A DNA stretch of 64,000 nucleotides from Chiloscyllium plagiosum (Eukaryota). The stretch is taken from positions 46,196,600 to 46,260,599 of the forward strand of contig NC_057718.1 of assembly GCF_004010195.1 (NCBI RefSeq), in the 5' to 3' direction. A program made the translations under genes and the position numbers. Below are positions 24,723 to 38,409 of the stretch, piece after piece. The notes beneath the pieces were generated by a model. The model did no database searches and was not told the DNA's origin. It worked only from the letters and a program-made list of their open reading frames with translations. Positions within the stretch are counted from its first letter, which is position 1; every line of letters begins with the position of its first letter.

Positions 24723-27700
24723 TCTATGAACTGAAAATAAAAGGTTTCCAACTATGAGTTTTTCTCCTAAACAAAGTAAAAAATCAACTCCTGATCCTTC
24801 TCACTGACAGCAGGTGAAAGCTCTTTGATGTTTAGTCCCTCCATTTGGAGGATTTTGTTATTTTTAAAAAATAGACAGCAGTGTAGCGTTTGTTTATTTC
24901 TTTCACTGGTTTTGCATTTCTCAACTTTTAAATATGACCCTTTTCTGCCACTGTTTTCTTTGGTTTTGTTATCGTTCTTTTCCTAGCCTTGGTCCATGTC
25001 AGAAAGTTGTTCTGAGAACAATAGCTTTATAGGTCTACAAGTTACAACATAGAGTTTTCATCCACTAAATGTCACCCATGGAAAATAAGGAATGATGATG
25101 TCAAGGGAGCTTCCTTCAAATTCTGCACTGATTTAGTGTGGCAAAAGGGTGGAACCAACTAACCTTTGCACATTAGCAAACCTTCTTGGAGTAAAGCATT
25201 CTCTTTAGTTTCAGGAGGGCTGCGTAACTCTCCTGTAAAGAGCATGCCATTTCCCAGTTAAGACAAAATCAGATTGGAAGGGGGTTCGTTTGTTTTTTAA
25301 AGGGGATAGACAGTGAAGCAGAATATTCACTGCTTCAGCACATGACTGCAACTTGAATCAGTCTTGTACGTGTAGTGTCACTGCTAGAAACTTCTAGATT
25401 GACAGATCTTAAATTTTACTTAGAAAGAATTAAGCTCTATTTTCCAGCTTTGTAATTGTATGGGTCTCTATTCACAGTTGCTGACGTTGCTAAATGTCTG
25501 AATTCTTTAATGTCCAGGGCTATTGTATAGATGATCTTCAATTAGTTGCCAAATATTTACTACCAAGATGTTAAAGTAACCTCCTTTTAGATAGCTACTG
25601 CTGGCACCATTTTGCCTCCAATGGGATATTTCTAACAGATGCAGCAATGATTAAAGTATCCCTCATAATATAAGATTTATACATGGGCAACATGGTAATG
25701 AAGAATCCAACAGAATAGTTATTATAGCCAACTTCTCTCCAGACATTAGATTTGTAGTCACAGAAATATCTAGCCTACTGTTAGGCCACTTAGTCACAAT
25801 GAGTAGCATGCTTCCATCAATGTGTTATGCTTCAAGTAACACATGTTAAGTGAGCCCGAGAGCTACATATGCTCAGGTCACATCCTATGACACCGTGATA
25901 ATAAATAAAAGTTTCTCTTAAAAGTCTATGGACATAGTAACTGTGAGATATCCCATAATATAAACAACTCTCAGCATCGCTGAAGAGCTGGAAATGCAAA
26001 AAGATTCTTCAATGTATGTCTACGATATGTAAGTAAATAATGACAATAAAGAAACAATGGGATGCAAGTTCACAGAAATGTTCATGTCAGTTTATTAATT
26101 TCTCCAGGAAATTGTCTGGTGTGACACTTTATTTGATGTAACTTCTAATATTTCAGTGTCTTGAATGAATGATGCACTTTTTTCGCCTAAACAGCAAAGA
26201 CCTTTCTCAAATTTTTCATTTAGGAATGCATTACTTTTTGTTAAATTTCAAAACAATTCTCCCATTAGTCATAGATAATACACAGTGGAAATATGAAATT
26301 TTACCTCACTTTCATATTAGAACAATGCTTAATGGCAAATAGGGACAATATCCCACATTATTGATCCACCTCAATTACCAAGCACCAATGTAATCTCGCT
26401 CTTCCACTCAAAGGACTGGTCCTCATGAATTCCTTGCATATCTAGCAAAATATTATTGTTGGTTTTACATGTATATAGCTAGACAACTAAAGTTAACCAA
26501 TATATCTCCAAGAAGCACTGACTCAGAAAGGTGATCACTCAAGAACAGTTCTGATTATAAGGATATGATATATGATAACAGGTAGTTAAACAGATTTTTA
26601 AGTTTGGCCATCCTTACATATAGCATTGGTCCAGTTATATTTGAGGAGACAGAAATGTAAACACAAGGAAGCCTAAAGAGGAAATCCCAAATGTTGTTGG
26701 TACAAAACTAGTGATGACTTTCTAAAGCACTTTACTCCACTAGAGCATGTACACGGTTCGTTGCATGCTTGGCTCTGGAGAATGTTGCAATGTGCACTTT
26801 TTGAAGGAAGAATGGGTACGTTTGAAACTAAGTAAGATACAGAGCTATAGGGAAAGCGCAGGGATTACCTTTCGACCGTTCTTACAAAGAGTTGGCAGAT
26901 GCAAGATCTGCCAAATGGTCTGATTATTTTTTGAAAACCTTTGTTGACTCTTTGGTTCAAATGGTTCAAGAAATTGCCTTGGAAGTTTTGGAAGACGTGA
27001 CAGATTCTAGTTGACATAATCTTTTTCTCATAATTTCTAGATTTTTAATCTAAAGAAAGAGGTGCAAATCAGTGTCATGTGCATTTTCAACATAATTGCT
27101 TCATTATTGCAACATATCCCAAGTTATTCACTTACATTTGTTGGATGTACTCATTTACATCTGCAAACATGAACATGCAAGGCTCCTAAAATGTTGATTG
27201 TTCATGTTAAATGCAGACTGTTGCTTTGTATGCTACTGGAATCGGTAAATGAAGCAAAGTTTAATGTCTCATATCCTTCAACATCATCACAACACAACAG
27301 TCTTAATCTTACACTGAATGGTTTGCCTCCATTAAGATCCCTGACATAAGAATGTTACCAATTGATCCAAAATAAAATAAGGTTTATGCGATTTCAGAAT
27401 GGAATCAAAATGCTGCAGGGTGTCATTAGCATGGTATATATACAAAGATTTTGGCTGCTCATGAACCAGAATGGCACGTGAATTGTATGCTGCCCTGTAC
27501 CCCTGTCTTTGCTGTCATTAATATATTGTTCCCCATATCAACTTCAATTTGCAGGAAAAGTATTCTAACTTCTAATAATTTGAATTAATCAATTGGCTTA
27601 AATATCAATATGTAAAATGAGATTATTTTAAAATGTTGCCTCCAATACTACTAAAGGCCACAGGTGTTCGTAAAGTAATTATTTCAGCTTTCTGAGCAAC

Positions 27701-28058
27701 AGAATGGCTAAACAAATGGCATTAATGAAGTACTATCTCTGAGTACAGACAGTTTGTTAAAGGACAGGGTTTACAATCTCTTCCATCAACCAAGCTACAG
27801 GTTCCCATTTCCAACTTACTGTACTCCCCAGTGTCCATATTATCCTTTAATGTGGTTACATCTCCATAAAATGCAATGTTCTGATTACCTCGTGGACTCC
27901 TTTCACACTCAGCTGAGTATCTCAATGTGATTGAAGATACCCTCCTGAGACAGGGCAGTTCACACACTCCACATATGTCACCTTCACCCTTCTGCACTCG
28001 TAATAGGGGATATTCAGATGCCAGCACCAAGGAAAAATTTGATTTTGTTATAAACAAT

Positions 28059-29411
28059 TGTTATGATTCCCAAAGAGACCATTAACTTTTAAAAAGAAAT
28101 TTGAACTTCTAGTTAATTGCTAAGAGAATGACATAACAATGTTTCACATTGTCACAAAGGATTAAAGACACGATTGACTAAACATTACCCTTTGAGACAA
28201 CTTACACTTTAAACCACTGTTTAAAATTCTCCTCATTTATTTATAGCGCAATGGAAAATTAAACTTCAGAGGTATACTTTACGCTACCCATTAAGGACAC
28301 ATTCAATTCTTCCAAATCACTCCAGCGTGAGTTTTAGGTCCCAAGATTTAAGTCTGTTCTGTTCCTTTCTCAGCCTGGTAACTTGTAACCCCAAAACTGT
28401 CTATCACAGTGAGAGCAGCCTGGGAGATTTTCCCTCTAGCACAAGCGAGGTGAGTCATTGGGCCTTGTTTTAACGCTTTGTGAGTTTGGTCTTTTTAATC
28501 CAAGGTTGAACTTGCATTCCGGTATGGTGAACCATGGAGGCTATTGACCTCTTGCTGCTCTCTCTTTCTCTCCCAGACCCTGGTAAATGAACAATCTGTG
28601 AGGTTTCAGGGATACCTTAGAAACTCTGCTCTTCTTGTTACCCATTTCACATAGGTTTTGTATTCAGATATAAATGCTGACTAGCTATCCTTGTCAGCTC
28701 AATTCTCTTTTATCTTCAAAGCAAATGGACAGTTTAAAGCAAGTCTATATAAGATACATTTATAATCTAACATTCTCAATATTGTTCTGGTATTTTGGAG
28801 ATTTACAGTCTATCCACTGTCAGCACACAGGCTGCTGCCATTGATTTCAGGGTCTCATATCTTATTCCCCGTACAAAAATCCCCAGCCCCACTGATCTCC
28901 AACAAGCTAGCCATACAGATGTGTTGGCAGGCAGATTTTAAAACGAGTCTCGTGAACCCTATTATTTTGCCATAAATTAAGGACACATTTTCAAATCATA
29001 ACAATCTTAAGGAGTTGGGAGGTCATGTTGCTGCTGTACAGAACATTGGTTAAGCCACTGTTGGAATATTGCGTGCAATTCTGGTCTCCTTCCTATCGGA
29101 AAGATGTCGTGAAACTTGAAAGAGTTCAGAAAAGATTTACAAGGATGTTGCCAGGGTTGGAGGATCTGAGCTATAGGGAGAGGCTGAACAGGCTGGGGCT
29201 GTTTTCCCTGGAGCGTCGGAGGCTGAGGGGTGACCTTATAGAGGGATATGGGCCGGGTGCTGGCAAATGGGACTAGATTGGTTTGGGATATCTGGTCGGC
29301 ATGGACAGGTTGGACCGAAGGGTCTGTTTCCATGCTGTACACCTTTATGACTCTATGACTCTAAAAGTGTCATAATTTCAACAGATGTGAATTCAAAAAT
29401 GGGTATCAACA
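28059..29411 (-). repeat. Probable solo LTR interrupted by a CR1 fragment
   Basis: tgttatgatt start and tatcaaCA end, flanked by caat/taat (imperfect 4-bp TSD). No coding content. Confidence 0.45.
29011..29364 (+). mobile_element. Short, internally deleted CR1/HER1 3' fragment
   Basis: MLLLYRTLVKPLLEYCVQFWSPSYRKDVVKLERVQKRFTRMLPG...RGDLIE jumps directly to the gagggatatggg 3' UTR; (ctctatga)n tail. Confidence 0.92.
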
Positions 29412-30269
29412 TAATACCAATATTGGGATGGTTCACTTCAGGTTATCATTATAATTTATACGATGAAACTGGTCATTCAGTTACACTCGCTTCAGTGTTA
29501 CAAAAATAATTCTGAATTAAAACACCATTCAGGAAAACCTGAAAACCTGTTATAAAAAGATATGTAGTCCTAAATTGCCCTGAGCTATTGTGTCAGAGCG
29601 TGCAGTGCACAATGATACTAAAGTGCTAAGATCTTGTATCATTTGACAATTGAGATATCATTTCCGTAGTGATGCTTAACAGAGACCAGGTACATCCCCT
29701 CCAAATTGGAAGGAAGTATCAATGGATGAGTCACTCACATTTCACACATCAGGAGTTACATTGCAGAGAGAATGGGAGAAAATCTGTCCACCCTCTTCAT
29801 CCAATGTTCTTAACAAGTAAAGATCGAAAATAAGTTACCTTTAAAAAATGAAAATATTTTACTCTTAAAATTTAATTTCAATTCAGAATTCTGGAAGCTC
29901 TTTTGTAAAATTAAATTGTAACGTCCCTGTTTTGTGTGATATTTTTGTTATTCTTCAACCATGACAAAGTAATTTGCATATGAACATGGCCTGAAAAGAG
30001 GTTTGTTTTCTAAATTATGAGGATGTTGATAAAGCTACCTACATGTTTGTCTGTTTATCCAAGAGTACCATTTAGGACTGAATGAACTGCAAAAGGCCAT
30101 GTATTTACACTCCTGGGATATCATTACTGCAACAGCAGTCAACCAAACACAATGTCCAAACAACTTTGTTAAACCATTCTTCTACAAATAGTGCTACAAT
30201 AATAACATTTTCTTCAAGTAAAGTGGAATTTATAAGCAGAGATAAAATATCATGTACTCTCAAAGAAAG

Positions 30270-30611
30270 GTGTCACAGTGGCTCAGTGGTTAGCAATGCT
30301 GCTTCACAGCACCAGGGACCCGGGTGTGATTCCAGCCTTGGGTGACTGTGTGGAGTTTGCACATTCTCCCAGTGTCTGTGTGGGTTTCCTACGGGTGCTC
30401 TGGATTCCTCCCACAGTCCAAAGATGTGCAGATAGGTGAATTGGCAATGCTAAATTGTCCATAGTGTTCAGGGATGTGTAGGTTAGGTGCATTTGTCAGG
30501 GGAAATGTAAAGTAAAAAGGTTGGGGAATGGGTCTGGGTGAGTTACTGTTCTTAGGGTTGGTGTGGACTTGTTGGGCTAATTGGCCTGTTTTCACACTGT
30601 AGGGGTTCTAT
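30270..30611 (+). mobile_element. HE1-like tRNA-derived SINE, full length
   Basis: A box tggctcagtgg, B-box-like gggtgtgattcc, core gtggagtttgcacattctccc, CR1-like tail. TSD gaaag at 30265-30269 and 30612-30616. Confidence 0.9.
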
Positions 30612-30704
30612 GAAAGATTTGGACTTATATACTGCTGTATCATGTCACCCTTAGCATCTCTATGTACTTCAGATTGAATTGCTGAATTTGAAAACAGTGC
30701 AGCA

Positions 30705-31140
30705 AGAAAGAAATAAAGAACTTATATTTATATAGCACCTTTCATGACTTCAGACTGTTGCAAAACACTTTGCACCCAAAGAAGTATAATTTGATTTGCC
30801 AACACTGTTTAGTGTCAAAAACATGGCAGTCAATAAGCTTTCATGAATGGCAATGAGATTGTGATCAGATAATTTGTTGAATTAATTTTGAGAGCGGTAT
30901 TACTATTGTCCAGAACATTGGATAGAACGCCTCCCCCTTTTGAAATACTGCATAGACACCTTTTACTTTTGCTTGAGAGGATGGTCCATATCTCTGTTTA
31001 ATGTCTGAAAGGTGGTATGTCTGGCAGAGTAGCAGTGCTACACTGAAACACCAGCTGAGAATATATGCTCAACACTCCAGAGCATACTTTAAACCCAGAG
31101 CATTTGGTCTGAATGGCGATTGTACTATCACTGAACCATT
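30705..31140 (-). mobile_element. Old Deu-domain-type SINE (SacSINE1/AmnSINE-like by recollection)
   Basis: Reverse-complement tail catgaaaggtgctatataaatataagttcttt, central cctttcagacattaaacagag, tRNA-like head tggttcagtgatagtac. Confidence 0.65.
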
Positions 31141-31321
31141 TCTGGCACTACTGACTGAAACCTCTGAAAATTGAAAGTACCAACTTTGATTGGCAGCTTA
31201 AGCAAATAGCCAATCCCAATGCTTCACATGCATCATGCCTTTTATAGACATATTTCAAATAAGTGTTCTCTAATACTCAAATTAATCGGTTATATTGGGT
31301 CCACGTGTATGTGATAAGCAT

Positions 31322-32940
31322 GGGTAGAATCTTATGGGTATCTGAGCTATAGCGAGATCTGTGGCAGAATTGGTCAAATGCCAGCTCAACGTCAAGATCA
31401 TCTCATCATATCTTTTATGCTTTTCACAAGCTGTGTGGCAAGACTGTCGCTACGCAGCAGTGAGTTCCCCATTAACCCTCATTACTGCTTGTTAAACAGC
31501 TTGTTAACAGCCCAACCCACAGCGCAGGTTGTAATCTTAACCAAACACTTCGGACAGACTAACTGTCGCAGAAACTTGACATGGAAACCAAAGTGGATTC
31601 TTGCTGGCTTCAACTTGCCTCTTGCTCCAGATAACATTCAAGTTGGACACTGAGTACCAACATCTCAGGGAACAGTCCATGAGCTACACATGCCTCCTCC
31701 ACAGGCATTGGCATTTGACATTTGACATCTTCTGAGAAGCAGGTCCAATTCACTTAAAATATGCTTCTGCACTTCAATGTTGCAATTGGGCTATACCAAT
31801 AATTGTCATTGTAATGTTGCAGCAAGAACAGTGTGCACTCATGGACACACTCTCAGCTTATAGTCTGGACCAGGCTGTATCTCTGGGCACCTTGCTCAGT
31901 GACATAGTACTCACTCATTTTGACCCCATCTGGATGCTCAACGATCTCTGCTTTGCATTGCCTTGTCTTTTTATGTTTTGTCACCCTCTGCCAGATTTAT
32001 ATTACTGTTGTCTTGCCTTGTCACTTAGTGCAGTGACAAAGGCAGGAAGCTTGGCAGCTGGCCTCAGTTGAACCAAGTGGGATAGCATTCTCAGGAGATT
32101 CCAGTACAATAAGGAACAGCAACTTCCGATATCAGTCCATGGCTTGGTCAAGACAGCCAGCCAGAAGGTCCTCACCTTGTAAGAAATGAGATGATGAACA
32201 GTACACCACCCAGCTTGACTCTTTCTGGTCCTTTTGTGGAAAGGCAGCTATTATGGAAGATGAAAGTGAGTAGCTATTACTTTTGATGCAGGTGGAACAG
32301 TGTCCTGTATGAATGAGAAGGGCTGTGCAGAGCGCATGTATTATTAGTGTTGTTAAAGGTCGGGTGGGTGAGGGTGAGTAGGGGAAATGCAGGGATTAGG
32401 GAGAGTGGTGAGCATGACCTTTGGTGGGTGGTGGATACAGCAACAGAGATAGAGTAAATGTGAGATATTGGAAGGAAGATGATGGAACTGACATTGTCAA
32501 ACTGGAGAAGGTCACTGACATACAGTGCTGGGCATTCCTCCAAATGTTGAGATTACTTCACCCTCGGTGGCTACCCTGGCTTGGGGCAAGAGGAAGTCTG
32601 ATTTGGGCACCATTCTGTCTAACCGGATCTCCAGAACAATACTCGCAAAACAGGGCGATAGTTCCCCTCCGTCTGCCATGTCCAGGGCTATGTCAGGAAT
32701 CATGCAGGGCAGCCCCGTGGACTGACAGCAGATGTTAAAGCTTTCAGACTTGCCAAGGATCCCAGGCAATGTGAGGCTACCTGATATATGGCGAGTGGGA
32801 AGATTAAGAGGAAATTGGATGTGATGCTTGTTAAATGGGAAGGAAAGACACTTAATGTGGCAGAATCAGGGGAAAACACTCACTCAGCCGCATGGTAAGA
32901 CTGACTCCACCAAACTCAACATGCCTTGCACTTAGCCAAA
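31322..32940 (-). mobile_element. PIF/Harbinger-derived element with decayed Myb/SANT-like ORF (copy 2)
   Basis: MADGGELSPCFASIVLEIRLDRMV..LPQ..RNAQHC. Shares gccatgtccagggc..tg(c/t)caggaatcatgcagggcagc (32675-32713 vs 17841-17880) and caccacccagcttgac with copy 1. Left end gggtagaatctta is TIR-like. Confidence 0.62.
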
Positions 32941-34723
32941 AAAATGCAATATTCATCTCATTATTTCCAAATGCCTTTGTCCGTCCTTCATTATATTCAT
33001 ACCTTGGTCAGGATTAACTTAAAGGATGCATTATAGATACTCCAAAGTATTTCCCTGAAAGCTCAGTAACAATATCAGGTATTACCTGATGTGACATAGT
33101 TTCAGGCAAATGCTACAACAATATTCAGATATAAAGGCTGAAGTGCATGACTGTAACATTTATTTTTCATATGTCCTCATACTGGCACAATTAATACGAT
33201 ACGACAAGAGGCACCTTTCCCATTTTCCGTGATGTTTATCTTGCCATATAACGTCAAATTTGAGAACCATTTTGTGCTATGGACAAAGTATCCATTGGGA
33301 ATTAGAATTGACATATTTCAAACATTTCACTTAGACCTTTAACAGTGATCAAAGAGAGGAAAGTTTCATCCCATCTGCCTGAGCTAAAATTCAAGACCTG
33401 CTCCCAGAGGAGAAATGATAACAATTTAACTCATTGCACTACGTGAGTAACCCAAATGATTTTTTTAAACATTGTTAATGTATATGAATATAAGAGAAAA
33501 AACACTTTCATATCAGAATAGTTTTGCATCTGAAGTTTATCAAAGCAAGGTCTGTGATGCAGCCTATGATATTAACATACTTAAGTATTTGTAGTTTGGC
33601 AACAAAAGAGTTAAAACTGTATTTTCCCCCAACATCATACTCATCTTGTGTTGGAGAGCCCTTGAGAATGTTATTAGCTGGGTGTTCGCCTGCCATTTTC
33701 CATGGGAGGCAGCTGTGTAATTACAAAGCTAATAGCCTGATTGAGAGAAATCAGATGCAGTGGTTTGTCCAATTATATGATACATTAGCTCTTTCTTTGT
33801 AAGCAGCTAATGTGTGAAGCAAAGTGGCATTTCAAGGGTCAGGATCCTTAAACAAGTGCCGAGTTGCAGGAGATTATTGTGGTTTCTAAATGGATAAAAG
33901 TGCTAAATCTTCATTACCAAAAGCACGAAAATGCAAATGCGACTCAAACAAAAGAGAGGAGGGCTGGCAAGAATATTTAGTGTATAATATGTCAACCTAC
34001 AACACCAATTACAGCAAAATGCATGGAAACTAATCAAGGACGGTATAATTGTTCAAATTGCATTCGTCTTTATGGGAGTGTAGATAATGTTGTTGCTATT
34101 TCCTTTCACACTGTGGTTACTTGACTTGATTGTCAAAATATGTTGTGTAAGTACCTGCAAAGTTAAAGGTATGTGACAGTGTTCCTTATTACCACATGGG
34201 CACAATCTTTTACATGAGTTTGGAAGAGCCATAACTCACTTTAATTATACTGTATGATATGTTTATACATCAATATAATGGTTGGAAAGTTCAGTTGAGG
34301 TAATTTAAATCCTATATATTGAATTGGTTAAGGTGACTTGTCTTGTATCAGAAGCCCACACTGGAATATGAAAAAAAGATTACGTTCCTGTAATTATTCA
34401 ATGTAGTTTATTTTCATTCAGAAGTTTCATAATTCTTGCAGTAGTTTTATCAGCTGCTTCAGATATAAAATGATTGTGTAGTGATCAATGGTTGATTTTG
34501 AAGTATAGTGGTGACATGGATAAAGTAATTGGAAATATAATAAAAATATAATTATGAAATGATTTAAAACTAATAAGTGATTTTTGCAGCACATCAAACT
34601 GAATAGGATTTCTGTAGCATAAAGTAGGTCCACATGACTGAGTTTAATAGTTCTCTAAAATGTCATCTAACTTGAATTTTGAGAAGATGTTGCATGACAT
34701 TCCCAAACATTCAGAATATGCAA

Positions 34724-34860
34724 ACACAGAACACAGAACAGTACAGTACAGGAATGGGCACTTTGGCCTACTGTGCTGACTATGAAGCCATTCTAAACTA
34801 ATCCCATCTGCCTGCACATGGTCTGCATCATTTGATTCCCTGCCTGTTCATGTATCTGTC
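34724..34860 (-). mobile_element. CR1 3' tail, cut by the Gypsy LTR insertion
   Basis: (cacagaa)n tail and aaactaatcccatctgcctgcacatggt motif, ending abruptly at the LTR. Confidence 0.7.
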
Positions 34861-35187
34861 TGAAATAACTGCCCAAAGGCTGGTATCCCATTACCAAGTC
34901 ACCCTTTATTTACTTGTCCACAGTACCCTGGCTGTGGCCAGCCAGCTCGGAGTCATTTGCCTGAACTGAGGAGATTCTGAGTCTCTTGATTATATTTTTT
35001 CCTTCCTCCATTTTTTTTTCAGTGTTTATGTTCCTTAGCACCTATGTTTGTGTGTGTGTAGGTGCATGATACAGTGAAAAGACCAAGTGAAAATAATTTT
35101 ATTATCCCCTGTAAATATTAGTCAGCCAGGGCTTTCCTGATTGGCCCAGGTTAGTGAAAGAGGTCAACCTGGTTCCAATCACTGAAT
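34861..35187 (-). repeat. 3' LTR of Gypsy element, preceded by polypurine tract
   Basis: PPT ggggggagggcgga (minus, about 35187-35200), CCAAT box, AATAAA at 34905-34910, end ...agttatttCA at 34861. Contains a short Tx1-like tail insert at about 35000-35102. Confidence 0.75.
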
Positions 35188-35510
35188 CCGCCCTCCCCCC
35201 TGCTCCGAGGATGTATGCCTGGTCTTTGGCTCGTAGCTTATCCTACCAGGTTTTTGCCCCAAGTCTCGTTCCTCTGATTTAGTCTCTGACATGGGTAGTG
35301 TGTACCAGACTGTATCTCACCTGTTGCGTCTGAAGCATCTCAGGAGAGTTTCCCCCTCTTCTTCCGGTGGTAAAGGTGTCGAGGCTGCATCCATCTTGGA
35401 CTCTGAGGTTTGCTCAACAATAAACAGAGCAGGAGAACCTACAGTTTCCAACAGGCCTTCTAGCCAGGTATGTTTTGCTCCTTCCCAGTTTGTTCAGGAC
35501 TATTTCATAT

Positions 35511-36543
35511 TAGATCAGAAATTGGTGAGCTGAAAGAAGACAGAGGATGGTGGTTGATGGGAAATGTTCATCATGGAGCTCAGTTACCCGTGGTGTGCCG
35601 CAAGGATCTGTTTTGGGGCCGCTGCTGTTTGTCATTTTTATAAATGGTCTGGAGGTGGATGTAGAAGGATGGGTTAGTAAATTTGCAAATGACACAAAGG
35701 TAGGCAGAGTTGTGAATAGTGCTGAAGGATGTTGTGGGTTACAGAGGGACATAGATAAGATGCAGAGCTGGGCTAAGAAGTGGCATTTGGAGTTTAATGC
35801 AGAAAAGTGTGAGGTAGTTCATTTCGGAAGAAGTAGCAGGAAAGCAGAGTATTGGGCTAATGGTAAAATTCTTGGCAGTGTAGATGAACAGAGAGATCTC
35901 AGTGTCAAGATGCATAAATCCCTGAAAGTTGCCACCCAGGTTGATAGTGTTGTTAAGAAGGCTTTGGTGTGTTGGCATTTATTGGTAGAGGGATTGAGTT
36001 TTGGAGCCACGAGGTCATGCTTCAGCTGTACTGGTAAGGCCATACCTCGAGTACTGTGTGCAGTTCTGGTCCCGCATTGTAAGAAGGATGTGAAAGCTTT
36101 GGAAAGGGTTCAGAGGAGATTTACTAGGATGTATGGAACGAAGATCTTATGAGGAAAGGCTGAGGGAACTAAGGCTGTTTTTGTTGGAGTGAAGAAGGTT
36201 GAGAGGTGACTTACTTGAGATGTATAAGATAATCAGAGGGTGGACAGGGAGAGCCTTTTTCCTCGTATGGTAAAGGCTAACACGAGGCGACATAGCTTTA
36301 GATTGAGGGGTGATAGATATCAGGGGTAGTTTCTTTACTCAGAGAGTAGTAGGGGTGTGGAACGGCCTGCCTGTAACACGCAGTAGACACTCAGACGTTA
36401 AGGGCATTTAAATGGGCATTGGACATACATATGGGTAATATGGAAAGATGTAGGTTAGATGGGCATCAGATTAATTTCGCAGGTCAGTGCAACATCGAGG
36501 GCCAAAGGGCCTGTGCCCTGCTGTAACATTCTATGTTCTATGT
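35511..36543 (+). mobile_element. 5'-truncated CR1 LINE inserted in the Gypsy integrase tail
   Basis: ORF 35547-36152 ([46 protein letters not shown]); (ttctatg)n tail. Confidence 0.93.
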
Positions 36544-38409
36544 ATCACCTAGCAGAACTTTGTAAGTAACGGGACCTGGCCTTGCATCTACCTCGCCTCG
36601 TACCCATACAGGGCCATTTCCATGGTTCCAGCATCAAACTTCATCCCCTGAGTTCAATTACCTCTCTGACTGAGAAGTGCATTTGCATTCTTGCTGCTGT
36701 TTCACCCTCCCCCATGTCTGGGAATATCAAGTTTAACCTGATGCAGAGTCTTCTTCCCATCAACAACTTTGCTGGAGCTATCCCTGTTTGCATGTTGGGT
36801 GGTCCTATACTCAAACAGAAACCAGGACTGTTTGTTACCAATTGACACTGTAGGCTGTTTCTTTAAACCTGCCTTCAACACTTGGATTGCCCTTTCCACT
36901 AGACTATTTGATGATGAATGGTATAGAGCTGTCCTTATGTGCCGAATGCCATTTGACATTAGGGAATATTCAAAATCCCTGCTGGTAAATGACATCCCAT
37001 TGTCTGTGAACAATACTTCCAGGGGCCTGTGTATCGCAAATAATCATCTCTGAGTTTGCTGAACAAATGTTTAGTATGTCCAACTACTCTGAAAGGGTGC
37101 CCATAATGACCAGGAGCATTGGGCCCATGAAAGGACTGGCACAGTCAACATGCAACTGAGTCCAGAGTTCTCCCGGCCATTTGCATGAATATGGAGGTGC
37201 TGACGATGGCAATTTTTGTCCTTTTTGGCATCTGGGCACTGCCCGCCAATGCAGCAATGTCAGCATCCAACTCCAGCCACCAGACATAGCTTCTTGCTAG
37301 CATCTTCATTTTGGAAACCCCTGGATGACACTGGTGGAGCTCAGCCAGTATCTGGTGGCAGCCTTTACTCAGGACAGTCCCCCTTCCTCCCCACAGTAAT
37401 ATGTCGTCCTCTACAGTTATCTGGTCCCACCAGATCCAGAAAAGTTTCAATCCAGATTGAGATGGCCCAGCTATTTTAGTTTCACTAGAACAAGATCTTT
37501 TCGTGTCCACAGCGGATATTGTTTGTGGTGACTGGAAAGGTGTCCAGGAAGTTCAAAACCAAAACAGACTCTTCCAGGCGTAGCACCTCTGGTGGAGTAT
37601 CTGCCAATGGGAGGCAGCGTAAGGCATCCGTATTCACCACTTGGTGTTTAACTTGTAGATTCTGAGAATAAGGGCCCAATGTTGAATTCTACCACCACCT
37701 TGTCTTCCTTCAGTAGCCCTAGCAGGAGTTTGTGATCTGTTACTACAACAAATTTCTGTCCATAAAGGGACTGGGGTAACTTCCTCACACCAAAGATGAC
37801 CACTAAACCTTCCTTCTCTATCTGGGCATCTTTGCATCTGGCATCAGCCAAAGTCCAGGAAGCACACAATTGGATGGTCCTCTCCGTAGCACCACTGGTG
37901 AGCCAACATTACGCCAATACTGTATAGGGAGGCATCACATGTTAACACTGCCTCTCACTTCGGGCCAATAAGATGACTATAGTTGACTATAGTTGCTTTT
38001 TCACTTCCTTCAAGGCTGCTTCTCAGTTTTGCAACCACTCGCAGGGCTGACCCTTTATCAACAGCAGGTGTATAGGTGCCAAGATAGAGGTCGGGTTAGG
38101 TATGAATTTTCCATAATAACTCACTAGCCCAAGGCATGACCCAAGCTCCAGTACAGACGTGGGAAGCGGGGTTCCTTTGATTGCCCTCTCTTCCTCTTCC
38201 AACGGGTGTCAGCTGGTTTTGTCAACTCTGTGGCCCAAGTAGGTCAGTTGAGAGACCTGAAACTCACATTATTCCCTTTCTAAGGCATATGCACGTCTGG
38301 GAGAAACATTTAAGCAGCACTATGTCCAAGTTCTCCAAGTGCTCTTTATTGGTCTTCCCTATTATTAGTACGTCATCTAGGTAAATGGCTATCTGGGGTA
38401 GCTCTTGTA

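Noticed and set aside
30270..30345. tRNA gene
   Set aside because: The A/B boxes belong to a SINE head; no cloverleaf or terminator, and the SINE body and TSD follow.
37973..37994. 10-bp tandem duplication (tgactatagt x2); similar 13-bp one at 13095-13119
   Set aside because: Ordinary slippage events with no functional signal.
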